NCBI GenBank assembly: GCA_028684695.1
Contig: JAQUFK010000001.1
Coordinates: forward strand, 1-38,966
DNA: 38,966 nt
Source of the DNA: Methanosarcinaceae archaeon
Lineage (GTDB): Archaea; Halobacteriota; Methanosarcinia; Methanosarcinales; Methanosarcinaceae
Direction of reading: 5' to 3'
Shown here piece after piece: positions 8,415 through 18,443 of this stretch. The notes under the pieces were generated by a model that was not told where the DNA came from, searched no databases, and saw only the letters and a list, made by a program, of their open reading frames with translations. The position numbers were made by a program, and so were the translations under genes. Within the stretch, counting starts at the first letter, position 1. Every line of letters begins with the position of its first letter.

Positions 8415-8929
8415 ATTTAAAAAAAGCACAAATAAAAAATGGGTCTGGAATATACTTTCCACACCCTAAATTTTATAATTACTGGGGCTTGTTACAAAAA
8501 ATACTTATATTGTTTATTTTTCTGCATTTCAGAATTCGGATATTTTTAAAGTTAGTTTAAGTTATTTTGAATTGATATCAGACTCTCTATTTCTGATTTT
8601 GGAGTTGGTTTTTTTATTGCTTTTCTTTCCTGACTTGTACCCTCTATCTTATATTACAGGGTTTGCATGGAAAAAACAGAAGTTTAATATTATAGTTCAG
8701 ACATAATGTATAGTAGTAGATTATAAGGCTCTATACAGGAGAGATAAAACACAGGGGAGTGTAACAAACCTGAATTAGAAATAAATCGATTTAAGGAAAA
8801 GCGGCCTCTGGCCACACTAATATAAAATAACAGATAGATTAGAATACCGATATATTAAAAATAAAATAATAATTAATAATAAGTATTTAAAGTAATTTCC
8901 CTTCGTTTTTAACGGAGTGACGATATCCA

Positions 8930-9166
8930 ATGGATGAAGAATCTGAAGATCCTGCTGATAGTTATAGTTTGTTTAAAAAGTATTGTTTGAAAACGATTCA
9001 TGTATCCCTTGCCATTTTCCAGTTTTCATTCTTTATCTTCATGATAATAATGTTTGCTGAAAGCTCCCCGGAAACCGGTCTTCTTTTTATGGTACTGGCA
9101 TACGCTTCTGCATACATTTACTATAAAATTGACAAAAAATACCATGTTGAGAATTTCTCAACATAA
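8930..9166 (+). CDS. hypothetical small membrane protein (78 aa, two hydrophobic segments)
   Basis: ORF with GGAGTGA 9 nt upstream of the ATG and a T-rich tract downstream. No family recognised. Confidence 0.35.
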   Translation: MDEESEDPADSYSLFKKYCLKTIHVSLAIFQFSFFIFMIIMFAESSPETGLLFMVLAYASAYIYYKIDKKYHVENFST

Positions 9167-9372
9167 TCTCTTTTCATTTTGAACTTTTTTTCTTGCATTT
9201 TCTTGTCTTTACTTGTCTTTTTTATATAATCACAAACTTAAGTTGAGGTCTATTTTTTACAAAATTAAAAGAATATCTAAAACTTGAAATTTGTCTTCTT
9301 CAGGATAAGGATCTCGATTTTTGTTCACAGAATTTGGAACAAAAAGCTAAAAATAAACCCGAAAACTCTTTT

Positions 9373-9412
9373 AAGACTTTGACTCAGCGGAGGCTCAGGG
9401 GTAGTTCTATAA
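9373..9412 (-). repeat. REP/MITE-like element, truncated copy E1
   Basis: The sequence aagactttgactcagcggaggctcaggggtagttctataa has a reverse complement that matches both ends of E2 (gaactacccctgagc ... cgctgag). The central hairpin half is missing. Confidence 0.5.
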
Positions 9413-9655
9413 CACATGAAGTAAAATAGAATACTGAAATTCTGAAAAACAATTAATAAATTAAAAGAAGTTATACCTTAAGTCAAAAGGAAACTTCGAG
9501 AAAATAAACCAGTTTTTATAATAGAAGTAAAAATGAAGAAAATAAAACCAAAAAGCAAGCAATAAAAGCAAATTTTTCAAAAAGGCAAGAATTGAATCTC
9601 GGAAGTCAAATTCCTACTAAATCCAGAGATATAACGGATTTTCTGCTGAGGGTTT

Positions 9656-10792
9656 ATGAAAACTTTAGTCATATGTATAGATAGAGACGACGACCTTGGA
9701 GAAAAGGCCAAGCTCCCTACTCCCATAATCGGGCGAAAAGCCCATGTTGAAGCTGCGGCAGCTCTTGGAATTGCCGACCCTGAAGACTCGGATACCAACA
9801 CTATCTTTGGGGGAATAAAAGTCCTTGATGAATTAAGAAAAGAGGGAGTAGACGCTGAAATAGTCACCTTTGCCGGAGACAAAAACGTAGGGGTGATTTC
9901 AGACCAGAAAATTGCCCAAAAACTCGAAGCCTTTTTAGAAGCCCATGAAGTCGAAGGAGCCATCTTTGTCTCAGACGGAGCCGAAGATGAAACCCTTGTC
10001 CCTATCGTACAATCCCGAATCAAAATCAATTCTGTAAAACGCGTTGTTGTAATGCAAAGCGAAAACCTGGAAAGTACCTACTATATCCTGAAACATGCCT
10101 TTAGCGATCCTAAAATCTCTCAGACTTTTTTCGTACCCTTAGGGCTTGCCTTCCTGATTTACTCCATTTTTCTGCTTGCCCGCTACCCCGAAGGAGCAAT
10201 CATAGGAATTCTTGCAGCTGTAGGGCTTTATATGCTCTATCGGGGTTTCGGATTGGATGATAGCATGGCCCTGCTGCTAGCCCGGCTAAAGGATACTTTT
10301 CAAAGACAAAAGCTTGCTTTTATTACCTACACCGCAGCCATACTTATAGGAATTGTGGCAACAGTCCAAGGACTGCTCAAAGTCTGGACTCTCTATTCTA
10401 CAGAAGGAATTTGGTACCACGGGATCCTGACTCTAATCTCGGTTTTTATCAATGCCTCAGTTTGGTGGTATGCAGGAGCTGTTCTGCTGGCTGATTTTGG
10501 AAAAGCTTTTGATCTCAAGCGTGCGGGAATGTCCCTAAACCGGAGTTTTTCAGTTTCCTTTTTTGTGCTGGCAACAGGACTCCTTTTTTGGGGAGCCAGC
10601 ACCTATCTTTTATCGGAAGCTGCTCTGTTAAAAGGAGGACTCTCGGATCCAAGTTTGGCTCTTCAGTATTTTGTCTATTCAATAATCTTTGCGGTAATCC
10701 TAGCGCTTATAGGAATAAAACTTTCAATTCCTGAAGAGGAAACTTTGGAAAACGAAAAGAAGAACAAGAGAATCAGTAAAAAAATACACTAA
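9656..10792 (+). CDS. DUF373-family archaeal membrane protein
   Basis: The N-terminus MKTLVICIDRDDDLGEKA, a soluble N-domain and a polytopic C-terminal half are typical of DUF373. Confidence 0.75.
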   Translation: MKTLVICIDRDDDLGEKAKLPTPIIGRKAHVEAAAALGIADPEDSDTNTIFGGIKVLDELRKEGVDAEIVTFAGDKNVGVISDQKIAQKLEAFLEAHEVEGAIFVSDGAEDETLVPIVQSRIKINSVKRVVVMQSENLESTYYILKHAFSDPKISQTFFVPLGLAFLIYSIFLLARYPEGAIIGILAAVGLYMLYRGFGLDDSMALLLARLKDTFQRQKLAFITYTAAILIGIVATVQGLLKVWTLYSTEGIWYHGILTLISVFINASVWWYAGAVLLADFGKAFDLKRAGMSLNRSFSVSFFVLATGLLFWGASTYLLSEAALLKGGLSDPSLALQYFVYSIIFAVILALIGIKLSIPEEETLENEKKNKRISKKIH

Positions 10793-10824
10793 CCCTAAGG
10801 CAAAAACAAAGGAAGGATAAAGGG

Positions 10825-11604
10825 ATGGAAAAAAACACAATTAAAAAAATGGATGTTGCAATTCTTGGAGGAGTCGGCTTCAATTCCTATAAGGAATTTA
10901 AAAGCAGAGCTGTTTCAACTCCTTACGGAAAAGTTACTGTTTATCTAACCCAGATTAGAGGAAAAAACGTTGCGATCGTTCCCCGTCATGCCGGAAAAAA
11001 CCATACTCCTCCCCATAAAATTAATTACAGAGCTAATATCTGGGCCGTAAAGGCCCTTGGAGCTGAGCGGATAATCTCAACAAACTCGGTAGGCTCAATG
11101 AAAGGGCATCCAGTGGGCAGTTTTGTTCTCCTTGATGATTTTATCGATTTTACTAGAAGCCGGCCTTTAACCTTTTATGACGAGACGACTATCCATATTG
11201 ACCTTACGGAACCCTATTGTTCCGAAATAAAAACTTGCTTTACCCAAGCTTTTGAAAAAAGAGGGCTTTCCTATTCCGAAGGAATTTATGCCTGCACTGA
11301 AGGTCCACGCTTTGAGACAAGGGCGGAAATCAGGCTTCTGAGCCAGTTTGCGGATGTAGTGGGCATGACTGGCTTTCCCGAAGTTGCGCTTGCAAAAGAA
11401 CTCGAACTTTGTTATGCTGCCCTTGCTCTTGTTACAAATCAAGCCTGCGGAATGAGCCCGGAAAAACTGACCGCAGACGAAGTTACCGAAGTGGTAGGTA
11501 AAAGGGAAGCCCAAATCCTTGAAATCCTTGAAGACACGATAGAAAACCTTCCGGAAATAAGAAAATGTAAATGCTGCTCCGCAAAGCTAGGAGCCAGTCT
11601 CTGA
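10825..11604 (+). CDS. S-methyl-5'-thioadenosine / purine nucleoside phosphorylase family protein
   Basis: Motifs VPRHAGKNHTPPHKINYRANIWAVKALGAERIISTNSVGS and GPRFETRAEI are present. Confidence 0.85.
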   Translation: MEKNTIKKMDVAILGGVGFNSYKEFKSRAVSTPYGKVTVYLTQIRGKNVAIVPRHAGKNHTPPHKINYRANIWAVKALGAERIISTNSVGSMKGHPVGSFVLLDDFIDFTRSRPLTFYDETTIHIDLTEPYCSEIKTCFTQAFEKRGLSYSEGIYACTEGPRFETRAEIRLLSQFADVVGMTGFPEVALAKELELCYAALALVTNQACGMSPEKLTADEVTEVVGKREAQILEILEDTIENLPEIRKCKCCSAKLGASL

Positions 11605-11859
11605 AAATTATTACCCTAAGCTTTGGAAAAAGTCGAGTAAGGAAAAGAATTATTCTAAACCTGTTTTTTCGGATATTCAAAAGAATATCCGAGCCTTTTT
11701 ACAGAGAGTAATTTGAAATCTTTTGAAACAGAAGTTTTCTATACAGGTCTACATATATATAATACATTAGTTATAAAAAGACATAGAAACATCAATGCCT
11801 GGAATAGAAGTTTCTTGGAATAGAAGTTTACTTATAATACGTAGATATCAGGATGTGCA

Positions 11860-14343
11860 ATGACGCTCTGGGTCCTAATTTCTCCCGAAAAATCCAAATT
11901 AACTGTAATGCCTATAAAGGACAGAAAAAAGCAGCCTCTTTATGTGGCCGAACTTTTTTTGAAAAAAAGATCGGCTGGGCCCCGCCCCCATAAAATCCGA
12001 ATAGTCTCAAACGAAAACAAAAAGGAGGAGTTTTTACCTACGCCGAAATTTATAGAACTCCTGCGCACTTCAAATCGGATCATGCTTGCGGAAGGGGGAG
12101 ATCCTGCAAATGAAGCTGCTTTTCTAAAGATGCTTGAAGGCTTCCAGCTCAAAGCAGACAGAGTCAGAATCTGCAGGTATTGCCTGATAAACAAGCGCTT
12201 TAACTTTGTGAATAGAAAATCAATTAAATATCATCAGGAGCTTATCTGTCCGGAATGCGCAAAAGAAGAACTGCTACGGGCAGTTCGGACAAGCGGAAGA
12301 GAATATGGGCTCAGATCCGTAGATTTTTTGGAAAAAGTCCTTTTAAAAACCCGGGACCTTAACAAAACGCTTCAAATCCTAAGTCCGGAGAGACTTGATC
12401 CCGAATGCACGCGTTTTGACCGGATCGAGACTAACCCAGTACAAAATTCCATTAGGATAAGAGAGCTGCCTCTTTCAAAAAAGTTTAAACAACAACTTCT
12501 AAAAAAATCCGAAACCCTTTTACCGGTTCAGGGGCTTTCTGTCCAAAACGGATTGCTTGAGGGGGAAAACCAGTTCATCGTATCGGCAACTGCAACCGGA
12601 AAAACCCTTATAGGAGAAATAGCAGGCCTTCAGAATCTTTTGAATAAAAAAGGGAAAATGCTCTATTTGGTACCCCTTGTTGCCCTTGCCAATCAAAAGT
12701 ACGAACAGTTTACGAAAAGATATACCGGCCTTGGGTTCATAACTTCTATAAAAATTGGAGCAATCCTTATCAAGACCTCTCAGCGGGTAAAGCTACACAC
12801 CAGCTTAAATTCGGATATCATTGTCGGAACCTACGAGGGCTTAGACCATATCATGCGCTCTGGAAACTCCGATTTTCTTGGAAAAATCGGAACCGTAGTA
12901 ATCGATGAAGTTCATATGCTTGAAGATTCCGAAAGGGGACATAGAGTGGATGGACTTATAGGAAGGCTTCGGTATATTGCTCCTGAGGCTCAGTTTATCT
13001 ACCTTTCTGCAACCGTTCCGGAACCGGAAGCTTTTGCAAAAAAACTTTCGGCCCGGCTTATTCGCTATGAAAACAGGCCGGTTCCGCTTGATCGGCATCT
13101 GCTTTTTTCCCAAGAAAATGAAAAAGTCCAATTGATTGCAAAACTTGCAAAGGCTGAATACGAGAAATTGTCCTCTAAAAAGCAGCGGGGTCAAACCATA
13201 GTTTTTACCAATTCCAGACGCAACTGCCACAGAATTGCAGATGCTCTGCCCCTTCAGGCTGCAGCCTATCATGCAGGTCTTTCTCATTATGAACGCAAAA
13301 AAGTAGAAGACAGATTTGGAAAGGGGAAATTGCCAGTTGTCGTAACAACAGCTGCCCTTGCAGCTGGCGTGGATTTTCCGGCATCCCAAGTGATTTTTGA
13401 ATCTCTTGCAATGGGAGTAGATTGGCTTACAGTACAAGATTTTTTACAAATGAGCGGCAGGGCAGGTAGACCTGATTATCATGACCGAGGGCTTGTGGTG
13501 CTTATGCCAGTTCCCGGAAAAAGTTATTCTGGAGCTCAGTCCGATACGGAAGAGGAAGTTGCAATAAAACTCCTGGGAGGGGAAATGGTCGCCGGAAAAA
13601 TAGTTTACGGAGAGACCGAACAACTCGAAGAGGTTTTGGCCTCCATTGCGGTTACGGCCTCAATGCAAGACCTTAAGCGAATCCACTCTGAAATGTTTGG
13701 AGAGTTTGACCTCGAAAAACTGGTCTCTCGCTTGGTCCGCTACCGTTTTGTAGCAAGAAAAGGCGATAAGATCTCCCTTACTCGTTTCGGAAAAATCGTA
13801 GCCTCCCATTTCCTTCCGGTCTCAAAAGCATTTTTGATAAGGGATGCTATATTACTTGGGAACAGCCCCTTAAAAATCGCAAGCAACCTAGAGTTTTTTG
13901 ATGCAGCTTATCTTAAGTACGCAAAACAGATTGGAAGTGCGCTTCATCTGAATATGCCTTCCCGGGTCTTTCAGGGAGCAGCTCTCGATATTATATTCGA
14001 TGGAGACTCCCTCGCCCAGCTTGACATGAAGATTCAAACCTTGCTCCTGAACTTTGCCTCAGACTTTTTAAGCTGCAAATGCAAGGATTCACCTTACTGC
14101 GGCTGCGCTGAGCAAAAATTTTCCGAAAAGCTCATTTCCCTGCGCACGGAAGGGCTTGAGCCGGTAGAGATTGTAAGACAGCTTGAAAACGATTACGGAA
14201 TAACCGCCTATCCTGGAGATGTCTTTGGCTACCTTGACAACGTTGTCAGAAATCTGGATGCAGTCGAGCTGATTGCAAAAGTTCATTCGAAAAAAGAGGC
14301 AGCTACAAAGGCCCGAAAATTAAAGAAAAAGGTTCAGGGCTGA
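11860..14343 (+). CDS. Ski2-like superfamily-2 helicase with N-terminal and C-terminal Cys clusters (ASH-Ski2-like)
   Basis: Helicase motifs are present: Walker A SATATGKT, DEVH, SAT, and QMSGRAGRP. Cys clusters are CRYC..CPEC at the N-terminus and CKCKDSPYCGC at the C-terminus. The start is uncertain (ATG at 11860 or ATG at 11908). Confidence 0.85.
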   Translation: MTLWVLISPEKSKLTVMPIKDRKKQPLYVAELFLKKRSAGPRPHKIRIVSNENKKEEFLPTPKFIELLRTSNRIMLAEGGDPANEAAFLKMLEGFQLKADRVRICRYCLINKRFNFVNRKSIKYHQELICPECAKEELLRAVRTSGREYGLRSVDFLEKVLLKTRDLNKTLQILSPERLDPECTRFDRIETNPVQNSIRIRELPLSKKFKQQLLKKSETLLPVQGLSVQNGLLEGENQFIVSATATGKTLIGEIAGLQNLLNKKGKMLYLVPLVALANQKYEQFTKRYTGLGFITSIKIGAILIKTSQRVKLHTSLNSDIIVGTYEGLDHIMRSGNSDFLGKIGTVVIDEVHMLEDSERGHRVDGLIGRLRYIAPEAQFIYLSATVPEPEAFAKKLSARLIRYENRPVPLDRHLLFSQENEKVQLIAKLAKAEYEKLSSKKQRGQTIVFTNSRRNCHRIADALPLQAAAYHAGLSHYERKKVEDRFGKGKLPVVVTTAALAAGVDFPASQVIFESLAMGVDWLTVQDFLQMSGRAGRPDYHDRGLVVLMPVPGKSYSGAQSDTEEEVAIKLLGGEMVAGKIVYGETEQLEEVLASIAVTASMQDLKRIHSEMFGEFDLEKLVSRLVRYRFVARKGDKISLTRFGKIVASHFLPVSKAFLIRDAILLGNSPLKIASNLEFFDAAYLKYAKQIGSALHLNMPSRVFQGAALDIIFDGDSLAQLDMKIQTLLLNFASDFLSCKCKDSPYCGCAEQKFSEKLISLRTEGLEPVEIVRQLENDYGITAYPGDVFGYLDNVVRNLDAVELIAKVHSKKEAATKARKLKKKVQG

Positions 14344-14596
14344 AAAAACAGCCTGAGGTTGGCTTGAGATCTACTTGGCTTAGCAGAGAGAATAAGATAC
14401 ACAGTACTTTTGTAAAGAGGGCTTTTTTATCAGTATCCCAATATAATTATATAATTTAAATGATTATTACTAACTAAGGCATCTGAGAAAGCTATTTTCT
14501 CCTTGTGAACCATAGCCACCTCTTTTACCCCCAATTCCCATACACACCCCCATATCTCTCAGATGCCCGATTTTATTTTACCCCATTTTTTCCCAA

Positions 14597-14995
14597 TCAT
14601 TTTTCAGCTTCAAGCAAATTTAGAATCCGAAGGGCTAGATGAGCTCCGTTTGCTCCATTGTCAACTCCCACACTTGCCACAGGCACGCCCGGAGGCATCT
14701 GGGCAATTGAGAGCAGCGCATCAAGGCCTCCAAGCTTTGCACTTACTGGAACTCCTATTACCGGTTTTTTAGTCCGAGAGGCGACCACTCCGGGAAGAGC
14801 TGCTGAAAGCCCTGCAATTGTGATAAAGACCTTTGCCTCAGAGCCTGAAACATAAGCTTCAAGTTCTTCGGGATTGCGGTGGGCTGAAATTACCCTGACC
14901 TCATAAGAATATTTGCTTTTTTCCAGAACCGCAGTCGCCCTGTTAGCGATTGCCCGGTCGGATTCGGAACCCATTATCAAAGAAATGTCTACCAT
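14597..14995 (-). CDS. purE: N5-carboxyaminoimidazole ribonucleotide mutase
   Basis: Motifs IMGSESD and [23 protein letters not shown] are present. I place the start at the ATG (MVDISL), which has GGAGAG 7 nt upstream. The track ORF begins at the GTG at 15010. Confidence 0.9.
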   Translation of the reverse strand: MVDISLIMGSESDRAIANRATAVLEKSKYSYEVRVISAHRNPEELEAYVSGSEAKVFITIAGLSAALPGVVASRTKKPVIGVPVSAKLGGLDALLSIAQMPPGVPVASVGVDNGANGAHLALRILNLLEAEK

Positions 14996-15013
14996 CGTTT
15001 TACTCTCCACATC

Positions 15014-15301
15014 TTAAGGAAATCTGCCCCTACCACTAAGTTCTTCCTGCCTTTCGATACTCATTTTTATAAGGATTTCAAAGATTGCTTTTATGCCCCC
15101 AAGATCCAGGTTAAGTTCAGTTGCGGCATTTACTGCGCGGTCAATTACCACCTGGTTTTGCTCTGGGTCCAAAATTGGGCATCCGCTTGTTTTTTTGGAT
15201 TCAAGAACCTCTCCTGCAAGCTCTATGCGCCTGTCGATTAGAGAAAGGATTTCCCGATCTATTTCTTCAATTTCCCTTCTAAGGGCTTCAAGTTCGCTCA
15301 A
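15014..15301 (-). CDS. chorismate mutase (AroQ class, stand-alone)
   Basis: 95-aa helical protein beginning LEALRREIEEIDREILSLIDRRIELAGEV. Its TTG start overlaps the upstream gene's stop (TTGA). Confidence 0.8.
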   Translation of the reverse strand: MSELEALRREIEEIDREILSLIDRRIELAGEVLESKKTSGCPILDPEQNQVVIDRAVNAATELNLDLGGIKAIFEILIKMSIERQEELSGRGRFP

Positions 15302-16179
15302 TTAGACCCCTCTTTACTTAAGCTTATTGCGTCTTTGTTATTTATACAAGTCTCAATTATCTGGCCTTTGAGCCCAGAGGCTTCCCAAGCCTCCCTGAGC
15401 CTTCCTGCTTCCTCGGCATTTACAAAAGCGATATAAGCAGGCCCGGTTCCGGAAAGACTTACTCCTTTTACCCCGCATTCCAGAGCCCTAAAAAGATACT
15501 CAGGCTCAAACCCCAGAGCGTTACAGTAGAGAAAACCATTTAAAGTCATGGCTTTTTCGTAATCTCCTTCAAGAGCAAGGGCGTAGGCTAGGTTCACATA
15601 AGGAGCCAGTAGGCGGGAACGTTTGACATTAGTCTGGGAACTGAAGACTTTTTTGTCAGGAGCAAAAATTAAAACTTTTGAGGCATACTCTTCTCTTTTG
15701 ACAAGCCGCATGTTCTGGTTATCTGTAAGCACAATCCCTCCAAAAAAAGAAGCACAAGCGTCATCAAAAGCTCCTGTTACCGTAACTCCGACTTCCTGTG
15801 CCGCCCTGACTCCAAGCTTTACGATATCAAAAGAAGGCAGAGTTTCATCGATTGCCTCAAGAGTAGCAAGCACGGTAGCGTTTGCAGCTGCACTGCTGCT
15901 TTTAAGTCCTCCTGCAAGCGGGATTTCGCTCCTTGTTTGGACAGTGCCCCCAAGCGCAAGTCCAAAACGCTCAAGGACAAGTTCAACACACCTTTCTATA
16001 AGTCTACTATCTCCTTCAGGCCTGCCTTCAATCGAGCCCCGGATTTCTTTTTCCTTAGAAGCAAGGCAAACTTTTGCATGGGTTTTTAGGCCAATTCCAA
16101 AAGCTGCCCCCTTCCAGGTTGCAATTGCATTGATTATGGTGCCTGCTCCGGAAGCACAGGCATACCCTTCATATCTCAT
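15298..16179 (-). CDS. aroK: archaeal GHMP-type shikimate kinase
   Basis: The GHMP motif PLAGGLKSSSAAANA is present. Its size and its position next to chorismate mutase also fit. Confidence 0.85.
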   Translation of the reverse strand: MRYEGYACASGAGTIINAIATWKGAAFGIGLKTHAKVCLASKEKEIRGSIEGRPEGDSRLIERCVELVLERFGLALGGTVQTRSEIPLAGGLKSSSAAANATVLATLEAIDETLPSFDIVKLGVRAAQEVGVTVTGAFDDACASFFGGIVLTDNQNMRLVKREEYASKVLIFAPDKKVFSSQTNVKRSRLLAPYVNLAYALALEGDYEKAMTLNGFLYCNALGFEPEYLFRALECGVKGVSLSGTGPAYIAFVNAEEAGRLREAWEASGLKGQIIETCINNKDAISLSKEGSN

Positions 16180-16458
16180 TAAGCCTCAAAAGGAGCTGCT
16201 CTTTAATATTCTTTATCACTGTTTTTCTGGATCCTGAGAAAAATAGACGCTGAAAGAAGAGACACTTAAACACGAAATAAAATCTGTAGAAGAGCTTCAA
16301 GAAAAAATTCAGGAAAGAAGAAAGGAAAAAGAAAAAAACTCTCTTGAGGGGCAGGGTTGGGAAAAGAAGCCTACTTACAAGCCTCAAACATTCCGAATTT
16401 GAGCGAATTTCCTATCCTCGAATCTTAGTTTTCCCCCAATTCTTGTTTATTTCTTTTT

Positions 16459-17379
16459 TCATTCCGGAAGGAGCAGCACCTTGTCAATTACATGAATGAC
16501 TCCATTACTGGCCTCAATATCTGTTGAGATTATCTTAGCATCTCCTACCCTGCTTTCAGTGCTATTGACTGATAGGGAATCTCCCTGAAGGGTTTTTATT
16601 GATTCCAGATCCAAGACTTCTTCTGCCATCAATTTTCCGGAGGAAACATGATAGGTTAAAATGCTTGCAAGTTCTTCAGGATTGTTCAAAAGCCTCTTAA
16701 GCTCTCCTTCAGGCAGAGCTTCAAAAGCGGCATCGTTAGGAGCAAAAATCGTGAATGGACCGTCTCCTCTTAGCGTCTCCTCAAGCCCAGCGGTCTGGAT
16801 CGCCTCGATAAGGATATCAAAAGAGCCTGCAGCAATTGCTGTATCCACGAGATCCAACTGCTCTGCTTCCTCCATAGAGGGGGGAAGTAGCACCTTATCG
16901 ATTACATGGATTACTCCATTACTTGCCTTTACATCGGGGGCAAGGACTTTGGCGTTGTTGACTTGGACTCCGGCAGTCGTCTCGATTGTAAGAGCTTCTC
17001 CTTGGATGGAAACTACTGAATCAAGGTCGAGAAGGTCAGAGGCCATATATTCCCCGGCAATTACATGATAAGTCAAAACAGCCCTTAGCTTTTCCTTATC
17101 CGCAAGCAAATCCTCAAGCATGCCCTCGGGAAGCTCCGCAAAGGCTTCATTGGTTGGGGCAAAGATGGTAAAAGGCCCTTCTCCGCTCAGAGTATCAACA
17201 AGCTCCGCCTCCTGAACAGCTTCAACAAGGGTTGTAAAATTCCCTGCGGCAATTGCCGTATCTACGAGATTCATTTCTTTTGCAGATTCTTCTTCAGGCA
17301 TTTCTTCTGTTTGTTCTTCTTCCGAGGTTTCATCAGCCCCATTGATACAACCGGAAACGAAAAACATTGCTGCAAGCAA
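16459..17379 (-). CDS. secreted lipoprotein with two fasciclin (FAS1) domains
   Basis: Two repeats carry GPFTIFAP(T/N), NGVIHVIDKVLL and the lipobox VSGC. The canonical TTG start at 17379 leaves a truncated signal peptide. The frame is open to 17430, so the likely start is the ATC at 17415 (see findings). Confidence 0.85.
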   Translation of the reverse strand: MLAAMFFVSGCINGADETSEEEQTEEMPEEESAKEMNLVDTAIAAGNFTTLVEAVQEAELVDTLSGEGPFTIFAPTNEAFAELPEGMLEDLLADKEKLRAVLTYHVIAGEYMASDLLDLDSVVSIQGEALTIETTAGVQVNNAKVLAPDVKASNGVIHVIDKVLLPPSMEEAEQLDLVDTAIAAGSFDILIEAIQTAGLEETLRGDGPFTIFAPNDAAFEALPEGELKRLLNNPEELASILTYHVSSGKLMAEEVLDLESIKTLQGDSLSVNSTESRVGDAKIISTDIEASNGVIHVIDKVLLLPE

Positions 17380-17676
17380 TAAGACAGCAATTGCAAAAAA
17401 TCTGATTTTCCTGATAATAATTCCCCCTTTTCAATACAAAAATCTATATTAAAAACCGGAATATTGAAAAATATAGAATTAGGAATTATTATTAATCGGT
17501 GTTTATATAAATTTTGCTATGCCATAATAAGAATTTGGAATTGTTTCCTAAAAAAGCTCATTTAAAAGCTCTAATTTAGGAAAGGTCATTACAATACACA
17601 AATAAAATTTTAACTACAGAATACTAACGCTTAAATATATAAATATATACTGCAAATTCCATATAGGTGAAATTAT

Positions 17677-18081
17677 ATGGTACAGTTAAATGAAAAGATG
17701 AAAACCGCATTTTCAAAAGTAAAAATCTTCCCAGTAGCTACCGCTTCTAGTGCAGGTATTCCTAACGTTGTTCCGATTGGGTTTTGTCAGCTTGTAGATG
17801 ATGAAACCATCTGGATTGCAGATAATTTCATGGTCAAGTCCCTGGCAAATCTGGAGGAAAACCCCAATCTAGCAATTTATGTTTGGGGGCCTGAAACCGG
17901 GGGCTGTTTCCAGATCAAAGGAGAAGCTGTAATTCTTAATTCTGGAGAGAAGTTTGAGAAAATGAAAGAAATCGTAAATAAGGCAAAACCGGGCTTGCCT
18001 GCAAAGAATCTTATCGAGGTAAAGATTTCTGGGGTTTTCCAGTGCGCTCCAGGGCCTGAAGCCGGAAGTAAATTACTCTGA
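17677..18081 (+). CDS. pyridoxamine 5'-phosphate oxidase-family FMN-binding protein
   Basis: 134-aa split-barrel-like protein (ATASSAGIPNVVPIG, ETIWIADNF). AGGTGA lies 6 nt before the ATG. Confidence 0.65.
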   Translation: MVQLNEKMKTAFSKVKIFPVATASSAGIPNVVPIGFCQLVDDETIWIADNFMVKSLANLEENPNLAIYVWGPETGGCFQIKGEAVILNSGEKFEKMKEIVNKAKPGLPAKNLIEVKISGVFQCAPGPEAGSKLL

Positions 18082-18129
18082 ATTTATTTTTGATTAAAAC
18101 CTTGAAAATAGGAGGAAAAGGATTCATAA

Positions 18130-18357
18130 ATGGCAGCTGAAAACAAAGCCCAGGAAAAAGCCCCTATTTTCTGTGAAAAACTCTGTCTTGTTTGTAGAGG
18201 GGCTAGAGCTGGAAACCCTGTTTGCAAGGCAATTCAGAACCTTGAATTGAAGCTTTTTGGAAAAGAGGGGTGTATCTGGGGGCAAGCCAGGACAAAGTAT
18301 TATGGAGTAACTCCAGATCAAAAGCTTCCAGAAGAACCTTTTGGAAAAAAAGAATAA
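18130..18357 (+). CDS. small Cys-rich protein (75 aa; CX3CX2C plus two further Cys)
   Basis: ORF with an SD-like AAAGGA 7 nt before the ATG. The sequence contains ..FCEKLCLVCRGARAGNPVC..EGC.., and no family is recognised. Confidence 0.55.
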   Translation: MAAENKAQEKAPIFCEKLCLVCRGARAGNPVCKAIQNLELKLFGKEGCIWGQARTKYYGVTPDQKLPEEPFGKKE

Positions 18358-18443
18358 TTTAGCGGGCATGTAGGCTCTGCGGTTCGGGAAAAAAAACATA
18401 GGAGGAGTTTTTTATTCCAGTACTGAGTATAATCGCTTGTGGA

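Noticed and set aside
15623-16237. Long antisense ORFs: 15623-16237, 9577-10029, 12841-13437, 16661-17068, 32669-33214 and 33507-34094
   Set aside because: Each lies entirely opposite a well-supported gene with strong family motifs. Their translations are low-complexity (S/P/A/R-rich) with no motifs, which is typical of shadow ORFs.
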